A stretch of 64,000 bases of DNA from Macrostomum hystrix. Its lineage: Eukaryota > Animalia > Platyhelminthes. This document shows, one piece after another, positions 44,301-56,559 of this stretch. Each line of letters begins with the position of its first letter. Position 1 is the first letter of the stretch. The position numbers and the translations under genes were made by a program. The stretch covers positions 496,001-560,000 of the forward strand of contig CATNEN010000031.1 of the NCBI GenBank assembly GCA_950097015.1. The letters are read 5' to 3'. Below the pieces are notes generated by a model that did not search any database, was not told where the DNA came from, and saw nothing but the letters and a program-made list of their open reading frames with translations.

Positions 44301-47300
44301 AACTCAGTAGTAGCAGCCCTTTGATGTTCATGGGGTGTGTTCAGTATATCTGTGGCAGTCCTTTGATGTTGATGGCATGTGTTCAGTATATCTGTGGCAG
44401 TCCTTTGATGTTCATGGCATGTGTTCAGTATATCTGTGGCAGTCCTTTGATGTTGATGGCATGTGTTCAGTATATCTGTGGCAGTCCTTTGATGTTCATG
44501 GCGTGTGTTCAGTATATCTGTGGCAGTCCTTTGATGTTGATGGCATGTGTTCAGTATATCTGTGGCAGTCCTTTGATGTTCATGGCGTGTGTTCAGTATA
44601 TCTGTGGCAGTCCTTTGATGTTGATGGCATGTGTTCAGTATATCTGTGGCAGTCCTTTGATGTTCATGGCGTGTGTTCAGTATATCTGTGGCAGTCCTTT
44701 GATGTTGATGGCATGTGTTCAGTATATCTGTGGCAGTCCTTTGATGTTGATGGCATGTGTTCAGTATATCTGTGGCAGTCCTTTGATGTTGATGGCATGT
44801 GTTCAGTATATCTGTGGCAGTCCTTTGATGTTCATGGCATGTGTTCAGTATATCTGTGGCAGTCCTTTGATGTTGATGGCATGTGTTCAGTATATCTGTG
44901 GCAGTCCTTTGATGTTCATGGCATGTGTTCAGTATATCTGTGGCAGTCCTTTGATGTTGATGGCGTGTGTTCAGTATATCTGTGGCAGTCCTTTGATGTT
45001 CATGGCATGTGTTCAGTATATCTGTGGCAGTCCTTTGATGTTCATGGCATGTGTTCAGTATATCTGTGGCAGTCCTTTGATGTTCATGGCGTGTGTTCAG
45101 TATATCTGTGGCAGTCCTTTGATGTTCATGGCATGTGTTCAGTATATCTGTGGCAGTCCTTTGATGTTCATGGCATGTGTTCAGTATATCTGTGGCAGTC
45201 CTTTGATTTTCATGGCGTGTGTTCAGTATATCTGTGGCTGGCAGTCCTTTGATGTTCATGGCATGTGTTCAGTATATCTGTGGCTGGCAGTCCTTTGATG
45301 TTCATGGCATGTGTTCAGTATATCTGTGGCTGGCAGTCCTTTGATGTTCATGGCGTGTGTTCAGTATATCTGTGGCAGTCCTTTGATGTTCATGGCGTGT
45401 GTTCAGTATATTTGTGGCAGTCCTTTGATGTTCATGGCGTGTGTTCAGTATATCTGTGGCAGTCCTTTGATGTTCATGGCGTGTGTTCAGTATATTTGTG
45501 GCTGGCAGTCCTTTGATGTTCATGGCGTTATTTAGTATAGCAGCGGCAGTCCTTTGATGCTGCGCCGGTGTGGTTAAGTGTTGCAGTGACAGCCCTTTAA
45601 TGCTCTGGGTTTGGTTAGTGTAGCAGCGGCAGTCTTTTGATGTTCTGATGTCTCTGAATCTGAGTTTCGGAAGTGGCAACCCAGGGAATTTTTTTTCTTT
45701 AATGTATATTTTGCCTCTGATATCAGATCTAGAGGCAGCAGCCTTGAAAGTTTGATTGAAGGCATCCTTCATCTAGGACGATCTCGCAAGTCTGCGAAAT
45801 TCTTAGCGATTCCGATTGACACACATTCAGGTGCACGTTGGCTGCGCTCCTGGCGATATCCTGGTGTTCATGCCCGGCCAGGAGGACATCGAAGTCACCT
45901 GCGAGAAGATCAAAGAGCGCCTGGACGATCTAGACTCTGCGCCAGAGCTCACGGTGCTGCCCATATATTCGCAGCTGCCGACGGATTTGCAGGCCAAGAT
46001 CTTCCAGAAGGCGCCTGAAGGTGTTCGCAAATGCGTGGTCGCAACGAACATTGCTGAGACTTCGCTAACAGTTGACGGGATCTGTTACGTCATTGATCCC
46101 GGCTATTGCAAGCTGAAGGTGTTCAATCCTAAGATTGGCATGGACGCGTTGCAGGTGCGAATCTTTGATGTCGGAAAGTTTTACGGGCTAGGATTGGGTT
46201 GGATTAGATCAGTTGGGTTAGGGCGTCTTGTATTGGGTTGTGATTGGGTTGCGTGGGGTCTGTTTGGGCTGGGTTGGGTTGGTTTTGCTTGCTTTGTGCA
46301 TTGAGTTTGGTTTGGTTGGGTTTGGATGTGTTAGGTTTGGTCGGGTTGTGTTGTGATGGGTCGGGTTGTGTAGGGTTGGGTTGGGTCGCGATGTGATGGG
46401 TCAGGATGGGTTGGTTCGAGTTGCGATGGTTCGGGATGGTTTGGTTCGAGTTGTGATAGGTCGGGTTGTTTTAGGTGTGGTCGGGCCGGGAGGGGGCAGG
46501 TCGGGTCGGGTTTTGATGGCTAGGTTTTAATGGGTCAGGATGGGTTGGTTCGGGTTGTGATTGGTCAGGATGGGTTGGTTCGAGTTGTGATTGGTCGGGT
46601 TGTTTTGGATTGGGTCGGAAGGGGCAGGTCGAGTCGGGTTGTGATGGCTCGGGTTGGGTTGGTCGGGTTTTATTTGGTTAGTTCAGCATTCAACACATAG
46701 TAGTAGCTATAAAAAGCCCAAAGCTCACACGCAGCCACTAACTGAAACTGCCGCCAGGTGTTCCCAGTGAGCCAGGCCAATGCCAAACAGCGCAGCGGCC
46801 GCGCTGGCCGCACCCAGAGCGGGCAGTGCTACCGGCTCTACACTATGCGCCAGTTCAACGAAGAGATGCTCATCGCCAGCGTGCCGGAGATCCAGCGAAC
46901 CAACCTGGCCAATGTTGTGCTCCTGCTAAAATCGCTGGGCGTTCAGGACCTCATGACATTCGGCTTCATGGACCCGCCACCTCAGGACAACATACTGCAG
47001 TCGATGTACCAGCTGTGGCTGCTTGGAGCGCTGGACAACACGGGCAGTCTCACTCGGCTGGGCCGGCAGATGGTGGAGTTTCCACTGGACCCTGCTCTGT
47101 CTAAGATGCTCATCACCAGTACTGAGATGGGTTGCAGCGAGGAGATCCTTACCGTAGTCAGCATGCTCAGCGTGCCATCAGTGTTCTACCGGCCCAAGGG
47201 CCGAGAGGAGGACTCGGACGCGCAGAGAGAGAAATTTCAGGTAAATTTGGAAGCTCTGGTACCTGCAACCTGGGTTCTCCAGGATGGGGAAGGTGATGGC

Positions 47301-48483
47301 AGGTAGAGCAGAGCATGAGGAATGTGATGGCAGGTAGAGCAGAGCATGAGGAAGGTGATGGTAGGTAGAGCAGAGCATGAGGAAGGTGATGGCAGGTAGA
47401 GCAGAGCATGAGGAAGGTGATGGTAGGTAGAGCAGAGCATGAGAAAGGTGATGGCAGGTAGAGCAGAGCATGAGGAAGGCGATTGCAGGTAGAGCAGAGC
47501 ATGAGGAAGGTGATGGCAGGTAGAGCAGCACATGGGGATGGTGATGGCAGGTAGAGCAGCGCATGGGGAAGGTGATGGCAGGTAGAGCAGCGCATGGGGA
47601 AGGTGATGGCAGGTAGAGCAGAGCATGAGGAAGGTGATGGCAGGTAGAGCAGCGCATGGGGAAGGTGATGGCAGGTAGGGCAGCGCATGGGGAAGGTGAT
47701 GGCAGATCACCTGCCATGAGGCAAGGATTATGCAATGATATCAAAGAGTAGGCCTCTCCAGCCATCCAGTCATGATAAGTCGGTACACCATTCCAGGTGC
47801 CAGAGTCAGACCACATGACACTACTCAATGTGTACAACCTGTGGCGTCGCGCTGGCTACTCCAAGACGTGGTGCACCGACCATTTCATTCACGCCAAATC
47901 AATGGTAAAAGCGCGCGAAGTTCGCCAACAGCTCAAAGAGATTCTGGACCAGCAGAAGATGCCACTGACCTCCTGCCGCGGCGACTGGGACCCGGCAAGG
48001 AAGTGCGTCTGCTCGGCCTTCTTTCACCAGGCCTGCCGCATCAAGGGCCTTGGCCAATACGTTAACCTACGAACCGGCATGCCGTGCCACCTGCACCCTA
48101 CTGCCGCCCTGTACTCCATGGGCGTCACTCCTGACTATGTGGTGTATCACGAGCTTATCATGACTAGCAAGGAGTTCATGCAGTGCGTCACTGCAGTTGA
48201 GGCTGAGTGGCTGGCTGAGATGGGCCCCATGTTCTACTCGCTGAAGGACCAAACCAAGTCGAGAGCGGAGCGCCGACGCGAGGAGGTCCAGGAGCTGGGC
48301 CGGATGGAGCGCGAAATGCAGGAAGCCGAGGCGGCCATGCGGCAGCGAGCGGAGGACGCGGCTGACGCTGAAGCCGCTGTGTTCGCCTCCGCCAGGCAGC
48401 GCATCGCCACGCCGGGCCTGTTCGATGGCGAGAGCGGTGGCCAGTCCGAGCGGCGGAGACGGCCGCACACTTTTGACTTTTGA
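41318..48483 (+). CDS. DHX38: Pre-mRNA splicing DEAH-box helicase PRP16
   Basis: Exons 41318-42084, 42220-42448, 42992-43477, 43703-44248, 45831-46154, 46758-47240, 47797-48483. [73 protein letters not shown]. Confidence 0.95.
42557..42928. repeat. Intronic 28-bp minisatellite
   Basis: GCTGCTGTCCCTTATTCTATCTTCAGGA tandem in DHX38 intron 2. Confidence 0.95.
44310..45530. repeat. Intronic 42-bp minisatellite
   Basis: GCAGTCCTTTGATGTT(C/G)ATGGC(A/G)TGTGTTCAGTATATCTGTG tandem in DHX38 intron 4. Confidence 0.95.
46180..46680. repeat. G/T-rich degenerate pentamer repeat
   Basis: GGGTC/GGGTT/GGTTG iterations in DHX38 intron 5. Confidence 0.85.
47285..47705. repeat. Intronic 31-bp minisatellite
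   Basis: GATGGCAGGTAGAGCAGAGCATGAGGAAGGT tandem in DHX38 intron 6. Confidence 0.95.
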
Positions 48484-48769
48484 TGCTCTGCGCTTTGTAT
48501 AGCTACCGTTTAAATTGATCAGCGTCTATGGTAAAACAAATAAAGTTACTCCCGATATCCGCCGCTTCACAGTGGCTCAGCTACCATTTATTCTAAGCTG
48601 CGGACAATATGCATTTTAGCCTACGAAAGTTAAGCAATTGTCAAATCGACTCGAAATTTCGACCTTGTTCTGTTTTTTTTTAATTTCTTTAAAATGTTAA
48701 AAAGAGATCCATGCTGCAAGACTCGACCACAGGCTACGGGCAAGTCCAGTGTCAGCTATTTCTAATAGC

Positions 48770-49680
48770 AATCCTTGTTCTATATCTTGCTGCAATCCTT
48801 GCTCCAGCTCCTGCTGCAATCCTTGCTCTATCTCTAGCTGCAATCCTTGCTCTATCTCTTGCTGCAATCCTTGCTCCAGCTCTTGCTGCAATCCTTGCTC
48901 CAGCTCCTGCTGCAATCCTTGCTCTATCTCTTGCTGCAATCCTTGCTCTATCTCTAGCTGCAATCCTTGCTCCAGCTCTTGCTGCAATCCTTGCTCCAGC
49001 TCCTGCTGCAATCCTTGCTCTATCTCTTGCTGCAATCCTTGCTCTATCTCTAGCTGCAATCCTTGCTCCAGCTCTTGCTGCAATCCTTGCTCCAGCTCTT
49101 GCTGCAATCCTTGCTCCAGCTCTTGCTGCAATCCTTGCTCTATCTCTAGCTTCAATCCTTGCTCCAGCTCTTGCTGCAATCCTTGCTCCAGCTCTTGCTG
49201 CAATCCTTGCTCCAGCTCTTGCTGCAATCCTTGCTCTATCTCTAGCTTCAATCCTTGCTCCAGCTCTTGCTGCAATCCTTGCTCCAGCTCTTTCTGCAAT
49301 CCTTGCTCCAGCTCTTGCTGCAATCCTTGCTCCAGCTCTTGCTGCAATCCTTGCTCCAGCTCTTGCTGCAATCCTTGCTCCAGCTCTTGCTGCAATCCTT
49401 GCTCTATCTCTAGCTTCAATCCTTGCTCCAGCTCTTGCTGCAATCCTTGCTCCAGCTCTTGCTGCAATCCTTGCTCCAGCTCTTGCTGCAATCCTTGCTC
49501 CAGCTCTTGCTGCAATCCTTGCTCCAGCTCTTGCTGCAATCCTTGCTCTATCTCTAGCTGCAATCCTTGCTCCAGCTCTTGCTGCAATCCTTGCTCTATC
49601 TCTAGCTTCAATCCTTGCTCCAGCTCTTGCTGCAATCCTTGCTCCAGCTCTTTCTGCAATCCTATCTCCTGCTGCAATCC
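48770..49680. repeat. Intergenic 24-bp minisatellite
   Basis: GCTGCAATCCTTGCTCCAGCTCTT tandem with a CTATCTCTA variant. Confidence 0.95.
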
Positions 49681-50351
49681 TTACAGCTATACGAGCTTTA
49701 CATTCGTATAATAATGAATGTGGTAGTTAGTGAATTTGGTAAAGAGTATTACTGTTAAACCAGCGCTGTCAATAAGTGCGTCATAAAATCCTTGCCTTTT
49801 CTGTGCATTTTGCACTTACTTTGCTAGTGCTAGCCATAGTATTATTAACGAGCGTATACGGTATTTCAAACTAAAAATAAAGTGAATGATAGAGATTTTT
49901 CTATCTCTATAAATTATATGGGGTGAGGGCAGGTGCTTGACAGCTCAACTTACTGACAAAATTAAATGCTTTGCATTTGCCTTTGACGCGGCAAACTAGC
50001 TCTTGGCTTAGCAGAAGACAATAGCGCTTAGAAGAAACTATTGCCAGGCGTTGATGAGGGGTCAGGCGTGTACAGCTCCAGCTCTCAATGCGGCTGGGTG
50101 AGCTGTACACTGCTCTCTCTCTAGCTTATTTGTATTAATCTCTCTCAGCGCTTTTCTGCCTTGCTTTGGACGAAGTTTATGGCTGGCCTCAATTGGACGC
50201 TGCGAGAGTCACATCAGTTCGCTGCCAACCCCTTGCTGCACTGGAGACAATAGAAAGAAAAAAGAATGAAAGCATAAGAAGCAGCTGAAACCAGCAGATT
50301 ACTTAGCCCAAAACTCTTGTGTCCCCCATTGCCCTTTGGCTGCCCACTGTC

Positions 50352-52616
50352 ATGCACTTTCAAGCTGGAAAATTGGGGCACTTGCTGCTGCTGCTGCTGC
50401 TTGGAGCCACCGTTAACTCCGCCTCGGCCAGCGGGCCCAGGCAGACCATCTATGACGATTTGCTGAGGCACCTGTTTGCTAATGACAGCCTGCCATACAA
50501 GCCCAGCGCAATGCCCATCTGCGAGCCAGGGGGCCGGCTGCATGTGAGCCAGGACATGCTACTGCTGCAGCTGTTCGATCTTGACGAGCCCACCCAGATG
50601 CTGACGGTAGATGTCTGGGTGGAGTCAATCTGGAAGGACTGCCGCCTCGGCTGGGACCCGAAGAAATTCGGCGGCATCGACAATTTCGCCATCAAAGCCT
50701 CAGAGATCTGGTTCCCTGACTTGCTGTTCTACGAGTCGCTGCACGGCAACTTCGAGGAGGGCATGTTCATCTACGGCGAGGCCACGGCCAGGGTGTTCAG
50801 CGACGGCTCAGTGCAGCTAGGCACGCAGGCTGTGTTCAAGGTCAGGTTCTGTAGTGGAATTACGTGAAATTAACGTGTACACATTCAAGGATCACAAGCA
50901 GTTGGCTACTTTAGTAGTCCATGTTCACATTCTGCAGCGTTATGTATATGCTTTATGCCTCAGTGCTCGCGCTCATGCCTGACTCTGAATCCGTGCTGCA
51001 GGTCTTCTGCCGCGTCGACATCTCCAGCTTCCCCTACGACAGCCAGCGGTGCAACATCACCTTCAGCTCCTGGACGAAAGATTCCTCCACCTTCCTGCTG
51101 ACCAAGAAGCCGTCGGACTCCTCGTCCGATGACCATGCCTTCCAGAGCGCCAGCAACGGCGAGTGGCAGGTCGAGGGCTTCCCCTCCTTCAACCGGGTCT
51201 CCAGTCGGCGCGTCGGTGTTGACGAAGCTGACGGTCGGGCGCGCGACTACACCGAGGTTGTGTTCCAGCTACGGCTGAAGCGCAAAAACCTGTTCTATCA
51301 GGCCTACATGCTGTTCCCCTGCATCCTGCTCACCTGGCTCACCCTGTTTGTCTTCCTACTGCCGGCTGAGTCTGGCGAGAAGATGGGCTACGTGACCACC
51401 ATCCTGCTGTCTCTGTTTGTGTTTCTGCTCCTGGTGGCCGACAATATTCCCCGCTCCGGCGACTCCGTGCCTCTGGTTGGCGTGTACTTCTGCCTGGCTA
51501 TCGCCCTCGTCAGTCTAGCCAATGTCAAGGCTGTGATCAGCTACAATGTCTCGCTGAAGGGCTCTGACTTTTGCATGCCGAAGGGGCTGAAGTGGCTGCT
51601 GTCGCGCAGTCGCTACGTCGGACTTCGCCAGAGCCCCAGGTGGGAGATTCGAATTCGCGTTGCTCAGCTAGCCGTTTCTTTACCAAAGAGCACGCTATTT
51701 CTCCCTGGGAAAAGACCCCGGGGCTATTATAAATACCCACTGCCTACTTCACGATAGCTCCCAAACCGAATGGTCCATTTTCGTGAAAGTCCGCCATATG
51801 GATCAAAATTTTCCGCCCTTCACGATAAACTACTTTCAAATCTGTCCAAGTCAGCATCATCGATATATTCAGCGATTGCCCTGTATAAACCACCAGACAC
51901 TCTGACGAGAATCGTTGAATATCTCGACGATGCCAATGTTTTTTTATTCTGGAAGTTGTTTAATCGGATAGAGCGGGGAAATTGTAGCCCGTGTTCCGGA
52001 TTTTCATGGCGATTGGTTGAATATTTAAGAAGATACAAAAAAGTTGTGCATTTGAAATATCCCGCTGTCTTAATACTGTCAATACTTGTAGCTTCGTAAC
52101 CTCCTGCTTATCCAAGCTGTCTGGAGTCGCTGTCTCTTACAGCTGGGTTATAACACTGCTAAGAGGGGTGTCTTAGCCTAGTGGTCAGAGTTCTGGACTC
52201 CCAAATTAGAGGTGTGGAGTTCGAATCAAGGAAAGCATCTGGTCCAAATGGGTTAGGCTTCATTCTATCAGAATATTCTGTCTAGTCAGCTGCTTGCGGA
52301 CTGTCAGTATTCCAGTCTATGCAGTTACAGTCTATGTCATTCTCACCTTGTTCTCAACAATGTCAGGACATCTGAAGAGTCGCCACCGTTGGATGAGGAC
52401 GGTGACAGCCAGCAGCCGGGGGCGGCATCAGTGTCCGCGAGGCGCAGACAGGAGGACGAGGGCACGAACAGCAGGCACAGCAGAACTGACGCGAATCAGT
52501 GGCGATTCCTCGGCATCATGCTGGACCGCATCTTCTTCATTGTCTACTTCTTCGCCAACCTGGCTGTCACCGTCTGGATCCTGAGCTGCGGCGAGCGAGA
52601 CATGGTCGGACGCTGA
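50352..52616 (+). CDS. Cys-loop ligand-gated ion channel, non-alpha nicotinic receptor-like subunit
   Basis: Exons 50352-50840, 51002-51639, 52367-52616. Signal peptide, IYDDLL, WKDCRLGWDP, IWFPDLLFY, Cys-loop CRVDISSFPYDSQRC, GEKMGY before M2, M4 LDRIFFIVY; no vicinal CC in loop C. Confidence 0.9.
52165..52230 (+). mobile_element. SINE head fragment
   Basis: TTAGCCTAGTGGTCAGAG...GAGTTCGAATC, related to the 25819 head. Confidence 0.45.
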
Positions 52617-53289
52617 GGAGTTAGTCTTAAAAAAAATTGAAGTCTACTCATTGCTTCCTCACATAGCCACTGGCTTCTGTAAAATGCTAGCCTCTTCACA
52701 TAGCTCTATGGACGAATACATTCTGCCACTTTTAAAAAGCTTTAAAAAACTATTGTCGATTTTCACAAATCAAATCGTACAAATGACCAACACTCATTTA
52801 AACAAAAGGTTAGCTTTTCGGCTCGAGTTTTCATAGATAAAACTTCCGAGCCTCGTAAAACTAACGCAGCAGAAAGTTTTGCTGTGTAAATTTCCTCCGC
52901 CTTGTTTCACTGTGTATTAGCCATCGAAATAAAGCAAGCTAGGGACATTAGAAAAATAAGGCGCGCTCTGCCTACCTGCGCAAATAATGATAGAGTAAAC
53001 ACAAAAGTGCTCTAGCGATCAAAAGATTCTAAGATATCGACCGCTGTTTGACGGGCAAAATTTTATTTGCAATTCTTTAAATTAGAAATGAGTGCGTTGT
53101 CTATAAGCAGAACAAGAACATCTAGGTGGGCACATCTAGGTTGGTAAATTAGCTCCATAAGACTCCATGCAAACAGGAGTCAGCATGAGATTGTCAGCAT
53201 GAGGCAGGTGATCCAGCAATATTTCATTCAGGTGTGTCTCAGTGCATTGAAACTCATAGCGCGCTGCTGCGAAAATAGAAGTTGGCAAA

Positions 53290-56200
53290 TCAGAAGGTAC
53301 GAGTTGCCGTAGTTACCGCTATCATCTGCTCAGCTCGCCTGGTCATTCGCAACCACTGCTGGGCTGTCATCGACTGTCTCTCACGCTCTAGCCGCTGCTG
53401 CTGCTGCTGCTGCTCCAGCTGTTGTTGCTGCTGTTGCGTCATGGGCGTGCCGCCATTGGCCATGCGCTGGTAGAGCAGCCACTCAGCAATGGTTCTGGAC
53501 CAAAAGATCGTTGCGAACAAGTTCAGTTAACTTAATTGACTGTCCCTTGGCTCTCTTACTAACAAATTCTCTTTCAAATTCCTTTTCCCCTAATTATTAT
53601 AGATTTTCAGTGGTCCTTAGTCCAATCCCAGATTCCTCAGTGGGCCTCAGTCCCCCCCAGATTCCTCAGTGGGCCTCAGTCCCCTCCAGATTCCTCAGTG
53701 GGCCTCAGTCCCCTCCAGAGTCTTCAGTAGGGCCTCAGTCCCCCCCAGATTCCTCAGTGGGCCTCAGTCCCCTCCAGATTCCTCAGTGGGCCTCAGTCCC
53801 CTCCAGAGTCTTCAGTAGGGCCTCAGTCCCCTCCAGATTCCTCAGTGGGCCTCAGTCCCCTGCAGATTCATCAGTGGGCCTCAGTCCCCTCCAGATTCCT
53901 CAGCGGGCCTCAGTCCACTCCAGATTCCTCAGTAGGCCTCAGTCCACTCCAGATTCCTCAGTGGGCCTTAGTCCCCTCCAGATTCCTCAGTAAGCCTCAG
54001 TCCCCTTCCAGATTATTCAGTGGACCCTTATATATTTTAAATTTCTTCGGCAGTCTGCAATGTCCAGAAAAAATATTTTACTGCGGAACTCACTTATCAG
54101 GCTTGGCCAGCTGAGAGCGCGTGTGTCTCTCATCCGCACCGTCCAGCAGTAGCTGTTCACCGTCACCGGCAAGCAGACGCAGCCGACGAAGCCGAAGCAC
54201 CTCCGGCGGCGGTGGTGGCTCCGGTCGCAGCCGCTGCTGGCCGCTCCTCGGCTGCTCGCACCACCAACGATGCCTGGCAGCTTCCGCGTCTGCCTCCGCG
54301 TGCCTCAACTCGGCCGCCTCCCGTCGCTCTTGCCGTCGGAGCCGAGCCTCGATAACTGCCGCCGTGTGCAGGGCACCCCGACCGCTGGGGCTGGCAGCTG
54401 CAGTGGCCGCCGCGATGGCAGCGGCTTCGCTTCGCCGTAGACAGGGGTCACGCAGCAGGCCGTCCGCTTCCAATTCGGCCCTACGGCGGCGGATCTCCGT
54501 CAAGCGGGCTGCCTCCATCGCCCGCCGGTAAGCCTCAACGCGGGGCGTTTCCGCGTCCGCATCAGCCGCGTGGGCTTTGAATGTTGCCCGATGTGGCTGA
54601 CGCTTCGCTCGCTTACTCAGCTGCCGCCCAGAAGGTTGCGACGGCGGCGGAGGAACCGGAGACCCGAACCGATCTTCATCCTCCTCAAATAAGTCGTATT
54701 GGAACAGCCCACTGCGATTTGTGCCCTCTGTACGCTTTGTCGCCGACTCCTGCTCGTCTGCTGCCTCTTCAAGCTTTTCGGCCGGTGGAGAATTTTCTTT
54801 TGCCACTTCAGCCGCTTGAGTCTTAATAAAATGGCGATGAGTATTGTGAATTGTTAATTGCAGTTAACAGTTAATTTAAGCAATGAAGCTTGTAGTCCGC
54901 ACGCAAAAAGCTCTTACTGGTTCAGCTCTGATATTCGGTGCGGGCTGATGCTGCTGCTGCTCTTGCTTCTGCTCAACCACAGCCTCAGCCAGGGCCGCTG
55001 CCGCAGCTAGTTCCTCGAGCTCCAGGGCACAGTAGAGCTCCCGCGGAATCCAAGCCGCTCTACCGGGCTCAAGACGCCTGACGCCGCCAGCGGCGACCAT
55101 TGCCACCGTCACCTGCCCGACACCGTCTCTGCCAGCAGTACGTAGGACCCTGGCAGGTCGGTAGACGCCTGAACAGTCGGCTGTATCAGCGGCAGGCGCC
55201 AGCACAAAGTCACCCGGCTCCACGGGTCGTCGTAAAGCGTCGTCCAGGCTTACAAGGTCGGCCAGCCGGGTCTCCTGGCGCTCAGACTCGGATGAGTCAG
55301 ATGATGAGGCTGAAAACTCCACCAGCAGGACTCGCGGTGAGACCTGCATTGATGATAGATATTTTCTACACTACAGCAATGTTTGAGACCATATGATGGC
55401 TTTTGGCTTCAGAAGCCAAGAACCATTTTCGCTGGACAAGACGCAAGCCCACAAACGTTTGGTACCAAAATAGATAGTGCTTGCGTTTGCGTCGCAATAT
55501 TCTACAGAGAGGTGCCATCTAAGGTGTAATACGAGTATTCAAGGGATGATAAATACAACTGTAGCATTGTATAGATATAAAATCTTCCGCAATAAACTAC
55601 ACAAGGCAAAGAAGAAGTATAAATTAAGAACATTAATATGAATAACAAATAACTAACTTCACCTCTGACACAACTCGACCATAGTAAAACGCTCTGCCAG
55701 CATTGAATCGACGGGCCAGAACACTCCGGCCGATCAGGGTAGCTTCTAAAGCCGATGCTGCGGCTGTCGGCGTTGTCTTTGCCGATGAAGGCCGGAGAAC
55801 CAGCGCTCGCGACGAAGAAACAAGCTGCGCACCAATTGGCGCCTCAAGGTTTCGCAGCCGGCCACAAGAGTCACGGCCAAGACGCGCGCTTGGTCTATCC
55901 GCCGTCAGCAGTCGCGTCACCGAATGAACTCCAGCTTCGTTGTCGAGTTGGACAGTGGCGACCGAGCCGCCGGTGCCCGCCGCAAGATCACAGAGCCGGT
56001 CCAGGCCTTCCGGCGTTGGCAAACATGCGGCGCAGTGAATTGGCCTCAGCTTTCGATTGCCAAGGCGTCGTCGTAGTTCGCTTGGCAGGTCTCCACTGCT
56101 GCCACCGGTTGCCGCTGCCACCGTCTCACCTGTTGTGACCACGTGGACTGCCTGGCAGGCCGGGTCGGACATGGCCGCGGTTAGGGCGTCCAGCAGGCTG

Positions 56201-56559
56201 GGGCAGCCGTGTCGACGGTCATCTGGCTTCAGGTCCCGAATCCACTGGGCGGCCACGGTGGCGGTCCTGGGCGTGGCCAGGACCATGCGATCCGACCACT
56301 GCACGAGCTCGCGGCCGCCAAAGTGCAGCAGGTTGAAGCTGGTGTCAGCGTCACCTCGATAGGCAAGGCGGAGCAGTGCTTCTATGAGGTCTGCCTTAGC
56401 CGCTGGTAGGGCCGATGCAGCGGATATCGACACCTCGAGGACGAAGATCACACGACGATCGGCGACGTCGCCGAACATTGTAAGCCGACTGGCACGGCTG
56501 GCGCGAAGCACTTGCGGTGGAGGCTGCGGCCCCACTTCTGTTGTCTCTTCCACATTCAT
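53290..56559 (-). CDS. vWA domain + DUF4537-like protein (VWA3B/C11orf16-related), ~751 aa
   Basis: Exons 56559-55663, 55343-54918, 54821-54094, 53494-53290 (2256 nt, phases consistent). vWA-like RRVIFVLEVS...SFNLLHFG...AAQWIRDL; DUF4537-like GRSVLARR...FYYGRV and PGDFVLAP...YRPARV. Confidence 0.7.
53610..54020. repeat. Intronic 29-bp minisatellite
   Basis: GGGCCTCAGTCCCCTCCAGATTCCTCAGT tandem. Confidence 0.95.

Noticed and set aside
44270-45516. Long ORFs in several frames over the 42-bp array (also 22129-23148, 31907-32458, 33239-33769, 42545-43074, 47167-47837, 53511-53993)
   Set aside because: By-products of stop-poor tandem units lying inside introns or spacers defined by conserved flanking exons.
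48697-49730. 326-339 aa ORFs (QQELEQGL)n, (SSCCNPCS)n, (AAILAPAL)n resembling coiled-coil or keratin-associated proteins
   Set aside because: Open on both strands simply because the unit is 24 bp; no unique coding flanks or splice partners. Cannot be fully excluded without RNA data.
12981-56559. Ciliary gene cluster (TMEM231, ANKS3, IQCC, VWA3-like)
   Set aside because: Interspersed with unrelated genes, and ciliary genes are numerous; no evidence beyond chance.
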